A DNA stretch of 64,000 nt from an uncultured Bacillota bacterium. Lineage in GTDB: Bacteria; Bacillota_I; Bacilli_A; RFN20; CAG-449. Location of the stretch: assembly GCA_902493275.1 (NCBI GenBank), contig CABUOQ010000004.1:7337-71336 (forward strand). The letters are read 5' to 3'. This document shows, piece after piece, positions 50,772-59,494 of this stretch. The notes beneath the pieces are model-generated. The model was given only the letters and a program-made list of their open reading frames with translations. It had not been told where the DNA came from and did no database searches. Position 1 is the first letter of the stretch. Each line of letters starts with the position of its first letter. A program made the position numbers and the translations under genes.

Positions 50772-51023
50772 ATGTTAGAATTTAAATTTGATACTCAATT
50801 ATTAATTGAAGGTCACAATCTTTCTGAAGAAGCAATCAATGATTATATTACAAACAATATCGAAGGAGATTGTCTTCTCGCTGTTGGAGATGAGGATTTA
50901 ATTAAAATTCATTTTCATACTAATACACCTTGGAAAGTTCTTGAATACTGTGCATCTTTAGGGGAAATTTATGATGTTGTAGTTGAAAATATGGAAAGAC
51001 AAGAACAAGGACTTAAAGGATAA
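50772..51023 (+). CDS. Small protein resembling the central domain of FakA/YloV (DAK2-family) proteins
   Basis: 83 aa. The pattern GDCLLAVGDEDLIKIHFHTNTPWKVLEYCASLGEIYDVVVENMERQ recalls the GDSLxVV..D...KVHVHTN.P...L......G.L..I.I.NM..Q region of FakA-like proteins. From memory, so low certainty. Confidence 0.35.
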   Translation: MLEFKFDTQLLIEGHNLSEEAINDYITNNIEGDCLLAVGDEDLIKIHFHTNTPWKVLEYCASLGEIYDVVVENMERQEQGLKG

Positions 51024-51065
51024 ACTTTCTTGCTTTAAAATTCATCTCATGTAAATTAATTATAG

Positions 51066-51755
51066 ATGAAAAAAATATCAACTTTTTTTAAACCATTTGA
51101 ATGGATATACTTATTAGGTAGTTTTGCTTGCATAATTATTTTTGCTATTTTATATCACAATTCGGTATTTGATATAATTGCAACTTTATGTGGCATACTT
51201 GCCGCATCAATAAATTTAAAGGCTAGACGTTGTGCTTTTATTTTCTATGCTGTATACGTTTCAATTTATGGCATAACTTCATTCTTTAATCACATATATG
51301 GTGAGGCCATATTAAATATTTTTTATTGTCTCCCATTATATCTATTTACTATCTACAATTTATATTTAAATAAAAATAAAGAGCACTCTGCTTCATTATA
51401 TATAAATAAACTACCGATTAAAGGTTATATTATGATATTAATTATTGTTCCAATAATAACTATTGGTTATGGTTTTTTATTAAAATATCTTAATTCAACA
51501 TTACCTTTTGCTAATGCCCTTGCAACAGCAGTTGCGCTGATATCATCTTTTTTAGCTTCTAAAGCATATAAAGAGCAATGGATATTTTGGTGTCTATATT
51601 CACTTGTTTTAATTTTTATATGGCTAAGCGTTTTTATTGAAAAAGGAAGTAATGGATTGGTATATTTTATCCTAAATATCATCTATGTTGGAATTAATAT
51701 CTATGGATTGATTATTTGGCAAAAAAAATATAAACTTCAAAACATCGAAAACTAG
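51066..51755 (+). CDS. pnuC: PnuC-type nicotinamide riboside transporter
   Basis: 229 aa with about 7 TM helices. PnuC-like pattern (GILAASINLKARRCAFIFY, YGEAILNIFY, late W..K). Confidence 0.6.
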   Translation: MKKISTFFKPFEWIYLLGSFACIIIFAILYHNSVFDIIATLCGILAASINLKARRCAFIFYAVYVSIYGITSFFNHIYGEAILNIFYCLPLYLFTIYNLYLNKNKEHSASLYINKLPIKGYIMILIIVPIITIGYGFLLKYLNSTLPFANALATAVALISSFLASKAYKEQWIFWCLYSLVLIFIWLSVFIEKGSNGLVYFILNIIYVGINIYGLIIWQKKYKLQNIEN

Positions 51756-51795
51756 TCATATATGACAAGAAAAATTATTAACAAGGAGAAAGACA

Positions 51796-52518
51796 ATGAA
51801 AATCATTATTATTCGTCACGGAGATCCCGATAATCCACATAATTGTTTGACACCTCAAGGATATAAAGAGGTTGAATTATTAGGAGAATTTCTTAAAGAC
51901 TTCCATTATGATAAGGCTTTTACTTCTCCATTAGCTAGAGCTTTAATTACTTCTGAAGAAGTTTTAAAGCATCATAACGACCATGCTGAAATACTTCCAT
52001 GGCTCCAAGAATTCTTACATCTTGTTAATTTACCATATGAACAAGAAAAACATTTGACTTGGGATTTAATGCCTTCATATTACTTAAAAGAAAAAGACTT
52101 ATTTGATAATGATAAATATCTCGACCATCCGATGATGGTTTCTGGCGATATTAAAAGTAAATATGAAGAAGTAGTTAATTCCTTTGATGAAATTCTAAAA
52201 GAATATGGTTATGAAAGACAAAATAATTACTACAAAGTAAATTCATCTAATAGAAAGACTCTTGTCTTCTTCTGTCATTTTGGGATGATGACCGTATTGA
52301 TGTCTCACTTAATGAACATACCATATGTTATTTTAGCTAATACCATGATTTGCTCCCCTTCAGGAATAACTACCTTTGTAACTGAAGAACGCGAAAAAGG
52401 AACCGCTATCTTTAGATGTATGCAATTTGGAGATATATCTCATTTAAATATTGGCAAAGAAAAACCATCATTTCATGGTAGATTTTGTGAAATATATGAT
52501 TGCGATGAAAGACATTAA
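51796..52518 (+). CDS. Histidine phosphatase (phosphoglycerate-mutase-like) family protein
   Basis: 240 aa. N-terminal IIIIRHGDP (RHG motif) and a later CHFG histidine. Confidence 0.8.
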   Translation: MKIIIIRHGDPDNPHNCLTPQGYKEVELLGEFLKDFHYDKAFTSPLARALITSEEVLKHHNDHAEILPWLQEFLHLVNLPYEQEKHLTWDLMPSYYLKEKDLFDNDKYLDHPMMVSGDIKSKYEEVVNSFDEILKEYGYERQNNYYKVNSSNRKTLVFFCHFGMMTVLMSHLMNIPYVILANTMICSPSGITTFVTEEREKGTAIFRCMQFGDISHLNIGKEKPSFHGRFCEIYDCDERH

Positions 52519-52537
52519 TTAGTCTTTGTTTACTTGA
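52501..52537 (+). repeat. Direct repeat copy 1 (overlaps the last 6 codons of the phosphatase gene)
   Basis: tgcgatgaaagacattaattagtctttgtttacttga matches 53367-53403 at 32 of 37 positions by eye. Confidence 0.7.
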
Positions 52538-52628
52538 AGTAATATAAACGACTTTGAAACAATTAGTTTCGTTGTTTTAATAAAATATTCTATATAAAAA
52601 TATCATAAAAGAAAGGCAGTATAACTTT

Positions 52629-53345
52629 ATGACAAAAATAAAACAGAAAAAATTCAAGCAAAAAAGAAAACTATGGTTCAGAGCTATAAAGAAAATAATG
52701 CGAATTAGATATAAAAGACCTAAGTTTATTTTTTTAGATGAGAAGCCATCAAAAGGATCGATAATTTTATCTAATCATGTAGGTACTGATGCGCCGATGA
52801 GTTTAGAAATGTATTGTGATTTTCCTATCAGACTTTGGGGTTCAAATGAAATGAATTCCGGGCTTGTTAAATTATACAAATATCAAACTAGGGTATATTA
52901 TCACGAGAAAAAACATTGGAATTTATTTTTGGCCAGAATGTTTTGTTTAATAGCCAGCCCATTAACTAATCTATTTTATAAAGGCTTAAACTTAATTTCC
53001 ACTTACACTGATATTCGTTTTAGATCAACTATTAAAGAAAGTCTAAAATCCTTAAAAAATGGCGATAATATTGTTATTTTTCCTGAAAAATCAGATGAAG
53101 GCTATCTTAAACAATTAAAAGGATTTTATGCTGGTTTTATTTTACTAGCAAAAGAATGTGAAAGAAATGGAATCGATGTACCAATTTACACGGCATATTA
53201 TAAAAAAGAAACCCATACATATGTATTTGATAAACCAATCTATTTTAGTGAATTAAAAGCAAGATTTTCATCGAAAGAACTTATTTGCGAATACCTAGTC
53301 AATAATTGTAACAAATTAGAAGCTATCGATAGTGATCTAATGTAA
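52629..53345 (+). CDS. Putative PlsC-like lysophospholipid acyltransferase
   Basis: 238 aa. The NHVGTDAP and VIFPEKSDEG segments resemble acyltransferase blocks I and III, but the H-to-D spacing is one residue shorter than the canonical HX4D. Confidence 0.4.
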   Translation: MTKIKQKKFKQKRKLWFRAIKKIMRIRYKRPKFIFLDEKPSKGSIILSNHVGTDAPMSLEMYCDFPIRLWGSNEMNSGLVKLYKYQTRVYYHEKKHWNLFLARMFCLIASPLTNLFYKGLNLISTYTDIRFRSTIKESLKSLKNGDNIVIFPEKSDEGYLKQLKGFYAGFILLAKECERNGIDVPIYTAYYKKETHTYVFDKPIYFSELKARFSSKELICEYLVNNCNKLEAIDSDLM

Positions 53346-53366
53346 ATTTTTAGATATAAAAATACT

Positions 53367-53403
53367 TGTGATGAAAGACATTAATTATCACTTGTTTACT
53401 TGA
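53367..53403 (+). repeat. Direct repeat copy 2 (intergenic, just upstream of tRNA-Leu)
   Basis: tgtgatgaaagacattaattatcacttgtttacttga. It retains a ghost of the ..CDERH-stop reading frame. Confidence 0.7.
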
Positions 53404-53461
53404 CTAAATATGCTTAAACATGTAGGATATTAATGTATCAATTTTTTTAAATTTGATATTC

Positions 53462-53544
53462 GCGGGATTGGTGAAACTGGTAGACACGTTAGACTTAGAA
53501 TCTAATGGGCGACCGTGCAGGTTCAAGTCCTGTATCCCGCACCA
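53462..53544 (+). tRNA. tRNA-Leu (anticodon UAG), long variable arm, CCA encoded
   Basis: Folded by hand. Acceptor GCGGGAT/ATCCCGC, anticodon arm TTAGA-CTTAGAA-TCTAA, T loop TTCAAGT. Confidence 0.9.
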
Positions 53545-53557
53545 TCAAGTAATTTCT

Positions 53558-53581
53558 AAGCCTAGAAATAGGCTTTTTTTA
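53558..53581 (+). terminator. Terminator after tRNA-Leu
   Basis: aagcct-agaaat-aggctt followed by T7. Confidence 0.5.
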
Positions 53582-53621
53582 TTTGGTGGTTTTTACTTTT
53601 GATAAGGTTTTTGACAATGTT

Positions 53622-54080
53622 TTATAAAATTTTGGTGATAAATTCGTTGATTACTTGATTAATTTTTGATTCTTTTTCAAGAGATGTTTTTAAGTAATAA
53701 TCTTCTGTAACTTTACTTGTTTCATGACCAATATAGTTTGCTATGTCATCTATTGATACTCCTTTCTCTTTTAAATGGGTTACGATTGATGTTCTTAACA
53801 TATGCGGGTGGAAGTCTTCATTAAAAGCTTTACAATAGGTTTCTAGATGTCTTCTCATTGTGTTTTCATGCTCTGGCGTGCTCTTCTTCCTCAGGCTTCG
53901 AAAAAACACAAAATTTGAAGGTTTTAAAGAATAATAATCGATATGCTTTTTAATTAGTGCCGCATAATTTTTTGACATTTTATTTAATCTATCGCTTTTT
54001 TTAGTTTTCGGTGATACTAAGATAAAGCCACCTTTAGATCCAGATTTAAAACTTACACTTTGATATGTTTCAAAATACAT
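53622..54080 (-). pseudogene. Truncated tyrosine recombinase (phage-type integrase), C-terminal catalytic half only
   Basis: 152 aa. It contains HPHMLRTS (HxxR), IGHET and YYLK (catalytic Tyr). It lacks the N-terminal core-binding domain and the first catalytic Arg box. Only about 60 nt separate it from the next gene. Confidence 0.75.
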
Positions 54081-54141
54081 ATTTTTAAAGTCGACAAAAA
54101 GTTTCAGAAAAACTAATGTTTCTTAAACTTATAAAATATAG

Positions 54142-54849
54142 TTAAATATTATCTTTAATTTTTTTTAAATATTTAATATTTACTTCTAGAGGGATTTTTC
54201 CATCTATAACATAAGTTTTTGCGGCTAAATCATATAGCGTTTGATTTTTTTTCGATAAAATACAAATTAATAAACTTACTAAAGGCATTATTCCTAAAGT
54301 AAAAATTCCCAATATTACATTAATGATAATATAAAGAAATTGTCTTAATAAAAGCGCATACCATTTTACATATTCAAACCTATAATTAATAACATAAAGT
54401 TTCAAAATATACTTTCCTAATGTCCGTCCTTTTCTAAGTAGTAAAGGAACTATATAAAACACTATAAATGAAGAGACAAAAATTGTTAGAGTTGCTTCTA
54501 AAATAATATATTTTAATATTTGATATTGTTCATCGATAATTCTATCTGATAGTTCTATTATTCGTTCATCGTTTAAAAAGCAATTTTTAATTTCTTCTGA
54601 TACGCTCTTATTTTCTATACGCGTATTATTTTCATCGTAATAAAATATTCCATATTCATCTTGAATATCATTATATTTTTGATTGTCATCTTTATATATA
54701 GTTATGACTTGATTGTAAGATTGAATATTAGAAACAATAGGATGAACAACTAAACCAAATAAGAAAAAAGAAATTATTGTCATCAATAATAAATCTACCA
54801 TCATTGCAAATAGTCTTCTACCGACTTGTGATTCAACTTTTTCTTCCAT
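54142..54849 (-). CDS. RDD-family membrane protein
   Basis: 235 aa. RRLFAMMVDLLL and GRTLGKYILKL motifs, with 3-4 TM helices. Confidence 0.65.
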   Translation of the reverse strand: MEEKVESQVGRRLFAMMVDLLLMTIISFFLFGLVVHPIVSNIQSYNQVITIYKDDNQKYNDIQDEYGIFYYDENNTRIENKSVSEEIKNCFLNDERIIELSDRIIDEQYQILKYIILEATLTIFVSSFIVFYIVPLLLRKGRTLGKYILKLYVINYRFEYVKWYALLLRQFLYIIINVILGIFTLGIMPLVSLLICILSKKNQTLYDLAAKTYVIDGKIPLEVNIKYLKKIKDNI

Positions 54850-54912
54850 ATATACTCCTAAAAATAAAGACTACCAATATAGGTAGTCTTATTATATATT
54901 ATATTTTATAAG

Positions 54913-57030
54913 TTAGATAGTAAAATAATTAGTTTGATTAGCAATATCACCCTTAGTTTCACCATTTTGTTTGAAACCATTATTTTGAATAACTCCCGAA
55001 GTGAATTGGACTAAAATTGCTTTTAAAGTAGTATCTTTTGTTATCGATTGTCCAATCTCTGTATAATCTATATCTAAACTTAACTTCCAGTACTCACCAT
55101 TAGAATCTAATTCATACTTTACTTCATATAAAGTAAGATCTTCTCCATGGAATTGCTTATTTTCATCATCCCAGAACCCCGTTTTACCTGTTTGAATATA
55201 CGCTCTATCTTTATAGATAACAAATCCTACATCTGAAGCATCAAGTCCCCATCCAGTTTTATCTGATGTACTAGAATGAACGATAAATCTTATAAAATCA
55301 CTATCATTAAACTCACTAAATGATACCATATTTAATGTCAATTTTTCTTCATATCTAACCACGTTAGCGTATATGTGTCCACCACCGATTGAAAATTCAA
55401 TATTTTTATCCTTTATCAATGTTTCTTTATCAACAGAAGTCACTTCTTCTTGAATAACTAAATATGAACTTTGAGCTGCTGGATCACCCATACCAACACC
55501 TTGATATACCATACCATTACGATAATCTATAGCGTCATAGATATCCCCTGTAGTGGATGCATTAAAGAATTCCATCGCAAACATTGAAACTTTACCAGAT
55601 GATTTATATCCAGGAATCTCAGTGAAATCCACTTCAAATTGTAAAGTAAAGTATCCTTGAGGATTATTGTTAAATACTGGTTGATGATTAGCAGAAACAT
55701 CATCTACACCAAAAGTTCTATAGGCCCAGAAATCTGTTAATCCTGTCTTTTTGACAGCTTTTTCACTGTTAACAAGGAAAGTTATATCGCTTTCTTGTAA
55801 TGACCATCCATTACCATTTGTTGATGAAGTATGTAAGATAATCTTCATATATTCATCCGCAGCAAATTCACCAAATCCAATCATATCGAAAATAAATGAT
55901 GCATCAGTTTTAGTGTATTTAATATGCACATCATCACCATTAGGTTTATTAGTTAAAATTGGATCAGCTGTATGGAAATCATATCCTTTTGTTAATTCTT
56001 CTTTATCATAATCTGGAAGAGGTACATCTTCTGGATAACAATTCATCACACAATTAAAGCAATAATTTTCTTTATCACATCGGACATAATTAATTGGGTT
56101 TTCAACTGGAGCAATATCTTGACTATCTAAAGCTAATAATGGTGCCCAATCGCTATCTGATTCGGACCATTCACCAACGCTTACACCAACAATCTCATCG
56201 TTACTTATTTCCAATATATCATATGGAATATTCACAATAATATCGAGACCTTCATTTTCAACAACCTCTAAAGAGACATTTTTAGTTACTTCAATACCAC
56301 CACAATTAATAATTGAAGTGCTATAATCATTTTTAATAGTTGTTTTAAACACATTACTATCTTGACTTGATGAAACAGTTTTTGTAGAAACATATATTTC
56401 AAGTTGTGCCGTTCTATTTTCCGCGACAAAGTATTTATTAGGTGAAGAACATTTAACAATTAATCCATTGCTATCTCTAGAAGTAAAAACACTAAAAGCT
56501 TCATATTGTCCTTCATTCCAAGATTTACTAGCTAAACTACCTAGTTTTCCATATGTTTTTATTAATTCAATATTGCCTAAAGCGATAGTTTCTGAATCAC
56601 CAATTAATTGATCTTTAATATTTTTGGAATATGATTCATATCCCTTACAAGTTATTTCAAGCATTTGATCTTGGGTTGGGTCTAATTTACTTAAAGTAAA
56701 CTTTCCTTCACCATCAACAGATATCAACTCACCATTTAAAGATACTTTGGCACTTGATAATACTCCATCAAATACATTTGTAATAGTTCCTTGGACATTA
56801 TATTCAGAAATTATTGAAATTTCAGATGATGAAACACTAATTGAAGATTCTTCTGATGAACTTTCTTCAACAAAAGAAGAGCTTTGTTCAGATGAAGATG
56901 AAATCACTGTTGAAGTTGAAGAACTAGAACTAGAAACAGAACTTTCAATTGAACTATTTGGTTGATTATTACAACTAAACATTACTCCCATTAAAGATAA
57001 AATAGATATTGTACGTAATATTTTTTTCAT
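54913..57030 (-). CDS. Lipoprotein with CarboxypepD_reg-like and CBM9-like/sugar-binding modules
   Basis: 705 aa. Lipobox GVMFSC with a Ser-rich linker, a carboxypeptidase-regulatory-like beta-sandwich (VQGTITNVFDGVLSSAKVSLNG...GKFTLSKL) and repeated modules (GWSLQESDITF / GWGLDASDVGF). Confidence 0.55.
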   Translation of the reverse strand: MKKILRTISILSLMGVMFSCNNQPNSSIESSVSSSSSSTSTVISSSSEQSSSFVEESSSEESSISVSSSEISIISEYNVQGTITNVFDGVLSSAKVSLNGELISVDGEGKFTLSKLDPTQDQMLEITCKGYESYSKNIKDQLIGDSETIALGNIELIKTYGKLGSLASKSWNEGQYEAFSVFTSRDSNGLIVKCSSPNKYFVAENRTAQLEIYVSTKTVSSSQDSNVFKTTIKNDYSTSIINCGGIEVTKNVSLEVVENEGLDIIVNIPYDILEISNDEIVGVSVGEWSESDSDWAPLLALDSQDIAPVENPINYVRCDKENYCFNCVMNCYPEDVPLPDYDKEELTKGYDFHTADPILTNKPNGDDVHIKYTKTDASFIFDMIGFGEFAADEYMKIILHTSSTNGNGWSLQESDITFLVNSEKAVKKTGLTDFWAYRTFGVDDVSANHQPVFNNNPQGYFTLQFEVDFTEIPGYKSSGKVSMFAMEFFNASTTGDIYDAIDYRNGMVYQGVGMGDPAAQSSYLVIQEEVTSVDKETLIKDKNIEFSIGGGHIYANVVRYEEKLTLNMVSFSEFNDSDFIRFIVHSSTSDKTGWGLDASDVGFVIYKDRAYIQTGKTGFWDDENKQFHGEDLTLYEVKYELDSNGEYWKLSLDIDYTEIGQSITKDTTLKAILVQFTSGVIQNNGFKQNGETKGDIANQTNYFTI

Positions 57031-57046
57031 TTAATTACCTCCTAGA

Positions 57047-59494
57047 TTAATGATAAATCTTAACATTACGATATATAGCCGCAGCTCCATCAGTATATAA
57101 ACCTAGATGACCATGGCTGAATCCTTTAGAATCAAAATATTCTAAATTAACTGCCCCATTATCTAATGAAACAGTAATTTTGTTAGATCTTGCTTCAATT
57201 TTCAAATGATGTATTTCATTCGATGAAGAAGCATACGCATCTGCAGATGTATCAATTTCAGAATTATTATAATCACATTTGCTTATAAACACTTTTGAAT
57301 TATTAAATCCACAATAATAGCCTTGTATTGATGCCATATTATCACTAGAAGCAAAGGCTGGATTAGCCGCTCTAAGAATAACTCCACAGCTGTTAGCTTG
57401 AGTTTCTCCAACAAGTTCAATATCAACTTCAATCGTACAGTCAGTGATAGTTTCATCACCAAAATACATTAAATTACGATTACCTGCCAAAGCATAATGT
57501 CCATTATCTCTTATCTTCCAAGAATTTACATAAACTACACCTTTATCGATATAGGTCGATAAATCATTTTCAAATTTTGGCCAGGTTTTACTTGATTTAA
57601 ATGTCTCTATTTCGTGAAATGCGAATTCTTCGCCATCACATATGACTTTTAAATAGTGAGACCCTTGAGTGATATCAACTTCTCCCATAGTAAGTTTCAC
57701 ATATTGAGTATAAATGTCTCCACTTTGTGGTACTACGCATCTTAATTGTGCATGATTATCTATTTGAAGTATAACTTTTTTACCCGCATATTTTTTATCA
57801 AGCAAGAAATCTAAACCATAATAACCATCTTCTTTAACCCATATTTTATAAGTTACGCTATCGCCTTTTTTGGCTAGTTTAACATCGTGACTGCCTTCTA
57901 TACCATTAAATTCATATTCATCAGAAGTACTAGTTTGATTAACCAAACCTGAATCTTTAGAAAAATTAGACTTATAATAATTTGCCGCTAAAACTTTTTC
58001 CTGATATACCTCTTCTTGCAAAGATGAACCTTGACCGAAATTTGAAAAAGCTGTATAGCAAATGGTCGCATCATTATTTAAATAACCAATTTTTCCACCC
58101 TCTAATTTATCAACATTTGAATTAATTAGTTTTTGAATATTATCAAAGTATAAATCTAAGTTAGAATCTTTATAACTTATTCTCAAAGTATGAAGTTTAG
58201 TATAGTCATATTCTTTATTTAATTTTACTGTGGCAATTTCTTTTGATATACCATTTGTAATTTTATTTAAAGAGATATCGCTATTATCGATTTTAAAATT
58301 CACATAATTATTTTCATCTTGATAAGCAAAAACTCCTTGAGTGCTTTCTCCAATAAAATTAAACTCAGCAGTAAATGTATTCTCAGTTTCAATACTAGAC
58401 AAGAGATAATCACCTTCAAGAGATAATCCATTTTTATCATTTGCAACAAAAGCAGGCATATCTGGAACAAAATTATCTTCTAATTCTGGATGATTAATTG
58501 TCATTCTAGGACCATCAAAATTTAATCTAGAAATATTAAAACTACGATCTGGACCTCCAGAAGAATTTAAATTGTGATAAGCAATATAATAGCTATCCAT
58601 ATTAGGGCCTAAAACTGTTGAAGAATGTCCTAATCCACGAAATTCATTGCTTGTATTTAGGGCAATTGTTCCGCCTTCAGAATAACCATTACGATCAAAT
58701 ACATCACCAGTTGCATAAGAATACGCGATACGATATCCATCTGAGACAACATTATTCCCCGTATATGTAAGATAGGAAACACCATCAACTTTAAGCATAT
58801 ATGGTCCTTCTGTCCATCCACCAAGTTGAGTATTAACTAAAGTACGCGAATCACCCATTGTAAAATCATCATTTACTTTAACAATTCTAATTCCACTATT
58901 TGATGCTCTTAATAAATACATTTGTTCATCGTCATCGATGAAAAATGAACCATCAATAGATTCACCAAAGTTACCCGTAATTGCTACGAATGGTCCTTCT
59001 GGTTTTTCAGCTCTTAATATATAATGCCCATTACCTCCTTGTGATTGGACCATATAGAAATAACCATTATGGTAGATAACTTCTGGCGCATATGCCGTGA
59101 TAGTGCATGAGTCCATACTTACATAGCCTTCATCTAGGCCTTGACCAGTAATCTTATTCCAATTAATTAAATCGTCACTTATCCAACCACGCACTCCAGT
59201 TTCAAAATTCTTAGTTGAACAATATAGATAGTATTTTCCATTAAAGCGATATACAAATGGATCTCCAACTCCATACTCACTCCATTGACCTGGAATTTTT
59301 TGTTCATCAAATTTATTAGTATATGTATCTCTTAAAGTGATTTTATCTTCTTGTTCTAATTGACTAGAATTATTTATTTGTGAAGAGGTGGACGTATTAT
59401 TGTTACATCCGGCCAAACTTACCAATAAAAATAAACTAACAATGCTCTTATTTAATCTCATATCATATCCCCCTATAAAGCTTTCATCGTGCAA
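57047..59494 (-). CDS. Surface lipoprotein glycoside hydrolase family 43 (xylosidase/arabinofuranosidase-type) with extra beta-sandwich/CBM6-like modules
   Basis: 815 aa. The likely start is MRLNKS at 59461 (GGGGGA RBS) with lipobox VSLAGC. GH43 signatures GDPFVYRFNGKYYLYCS, AYAPEVIYHNGYFYM and WTEGPYM. Confidence 0.8.
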   Translation of the reverse strand: MHDESFIGGYDMRLNKSIVSLFLLVSLAGCNNNTSTSSQINNSSQLEQEDKITLRDTYTNKFDEQKIPGQWSEYGVGDPFVYRFNGKYYLYCSTKNFETGVRGWISDDLINWNKITGQGLDEGYVSMDSCTITAYAPEVIYHNGYFYMVQSQGGNGHYILRAEKPEGPFVAITGNFGESIDGSFFIDDDEQMYLLRASNSGIRIVKVNDDFTMGDSRTLVNTQLGGWTEGPYMLKVDGVSYLTYTGNNVVSDGYRIAYSYATGDVFDRNGYSEGGTIALNTSNEFRGLGHSSTVLGPNMDSYYIAYHNLNSSGGPDRSFNISRLNFDGPRMTINHPELEDNFVPDMPAFVANDKNGLSLEGDYLLSSIETENTFTAEFNFIGESTQGVFAYQDENNYVNFKIDNSDISLNKITNGISKEIATVKLNKEYDYTKLHTLRISYKDSNLDLYFDNIQKLINSNVDKLEGGKIGYLNNDATICYTAFSNFGQGSSLQEEVYQEKVLAANYYKSNFSKDSGLVNQTSTSDEYEFNGIEGSHDVKLAKKGDSVTYKIWVKEDGYYGLDFLLDKKYAGKKVILQIDNHAQLRCVVPQSGDIYTQYVKLTMGEVDITQGSHYLKVICDGEEFAFHEIETFKSSKTWPKFENDLSTYIDKGVVYVNSWKIRDNGHYALAGNRNLMYFGDETITDCTIEVDIELVGETQANSCGVILRAANPAFASSDNMASIQGYYCGFNNSKVFISKCDYNNSEIDTSADAYASSSNEIHHLKIEARSNKITVSLDNGAVNLEYFDSKGFSHGHLGLYTDGAAAIYRNVKIYH

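Noticed and set aside
51024-51065. An NAD-related riboswitch or regulator site upstream of pnuC.
   Set aside because: Only about 42 nt separate the upstream ORF from pnuC. That is too short for a riboswitch, and no palindrome was noticed.
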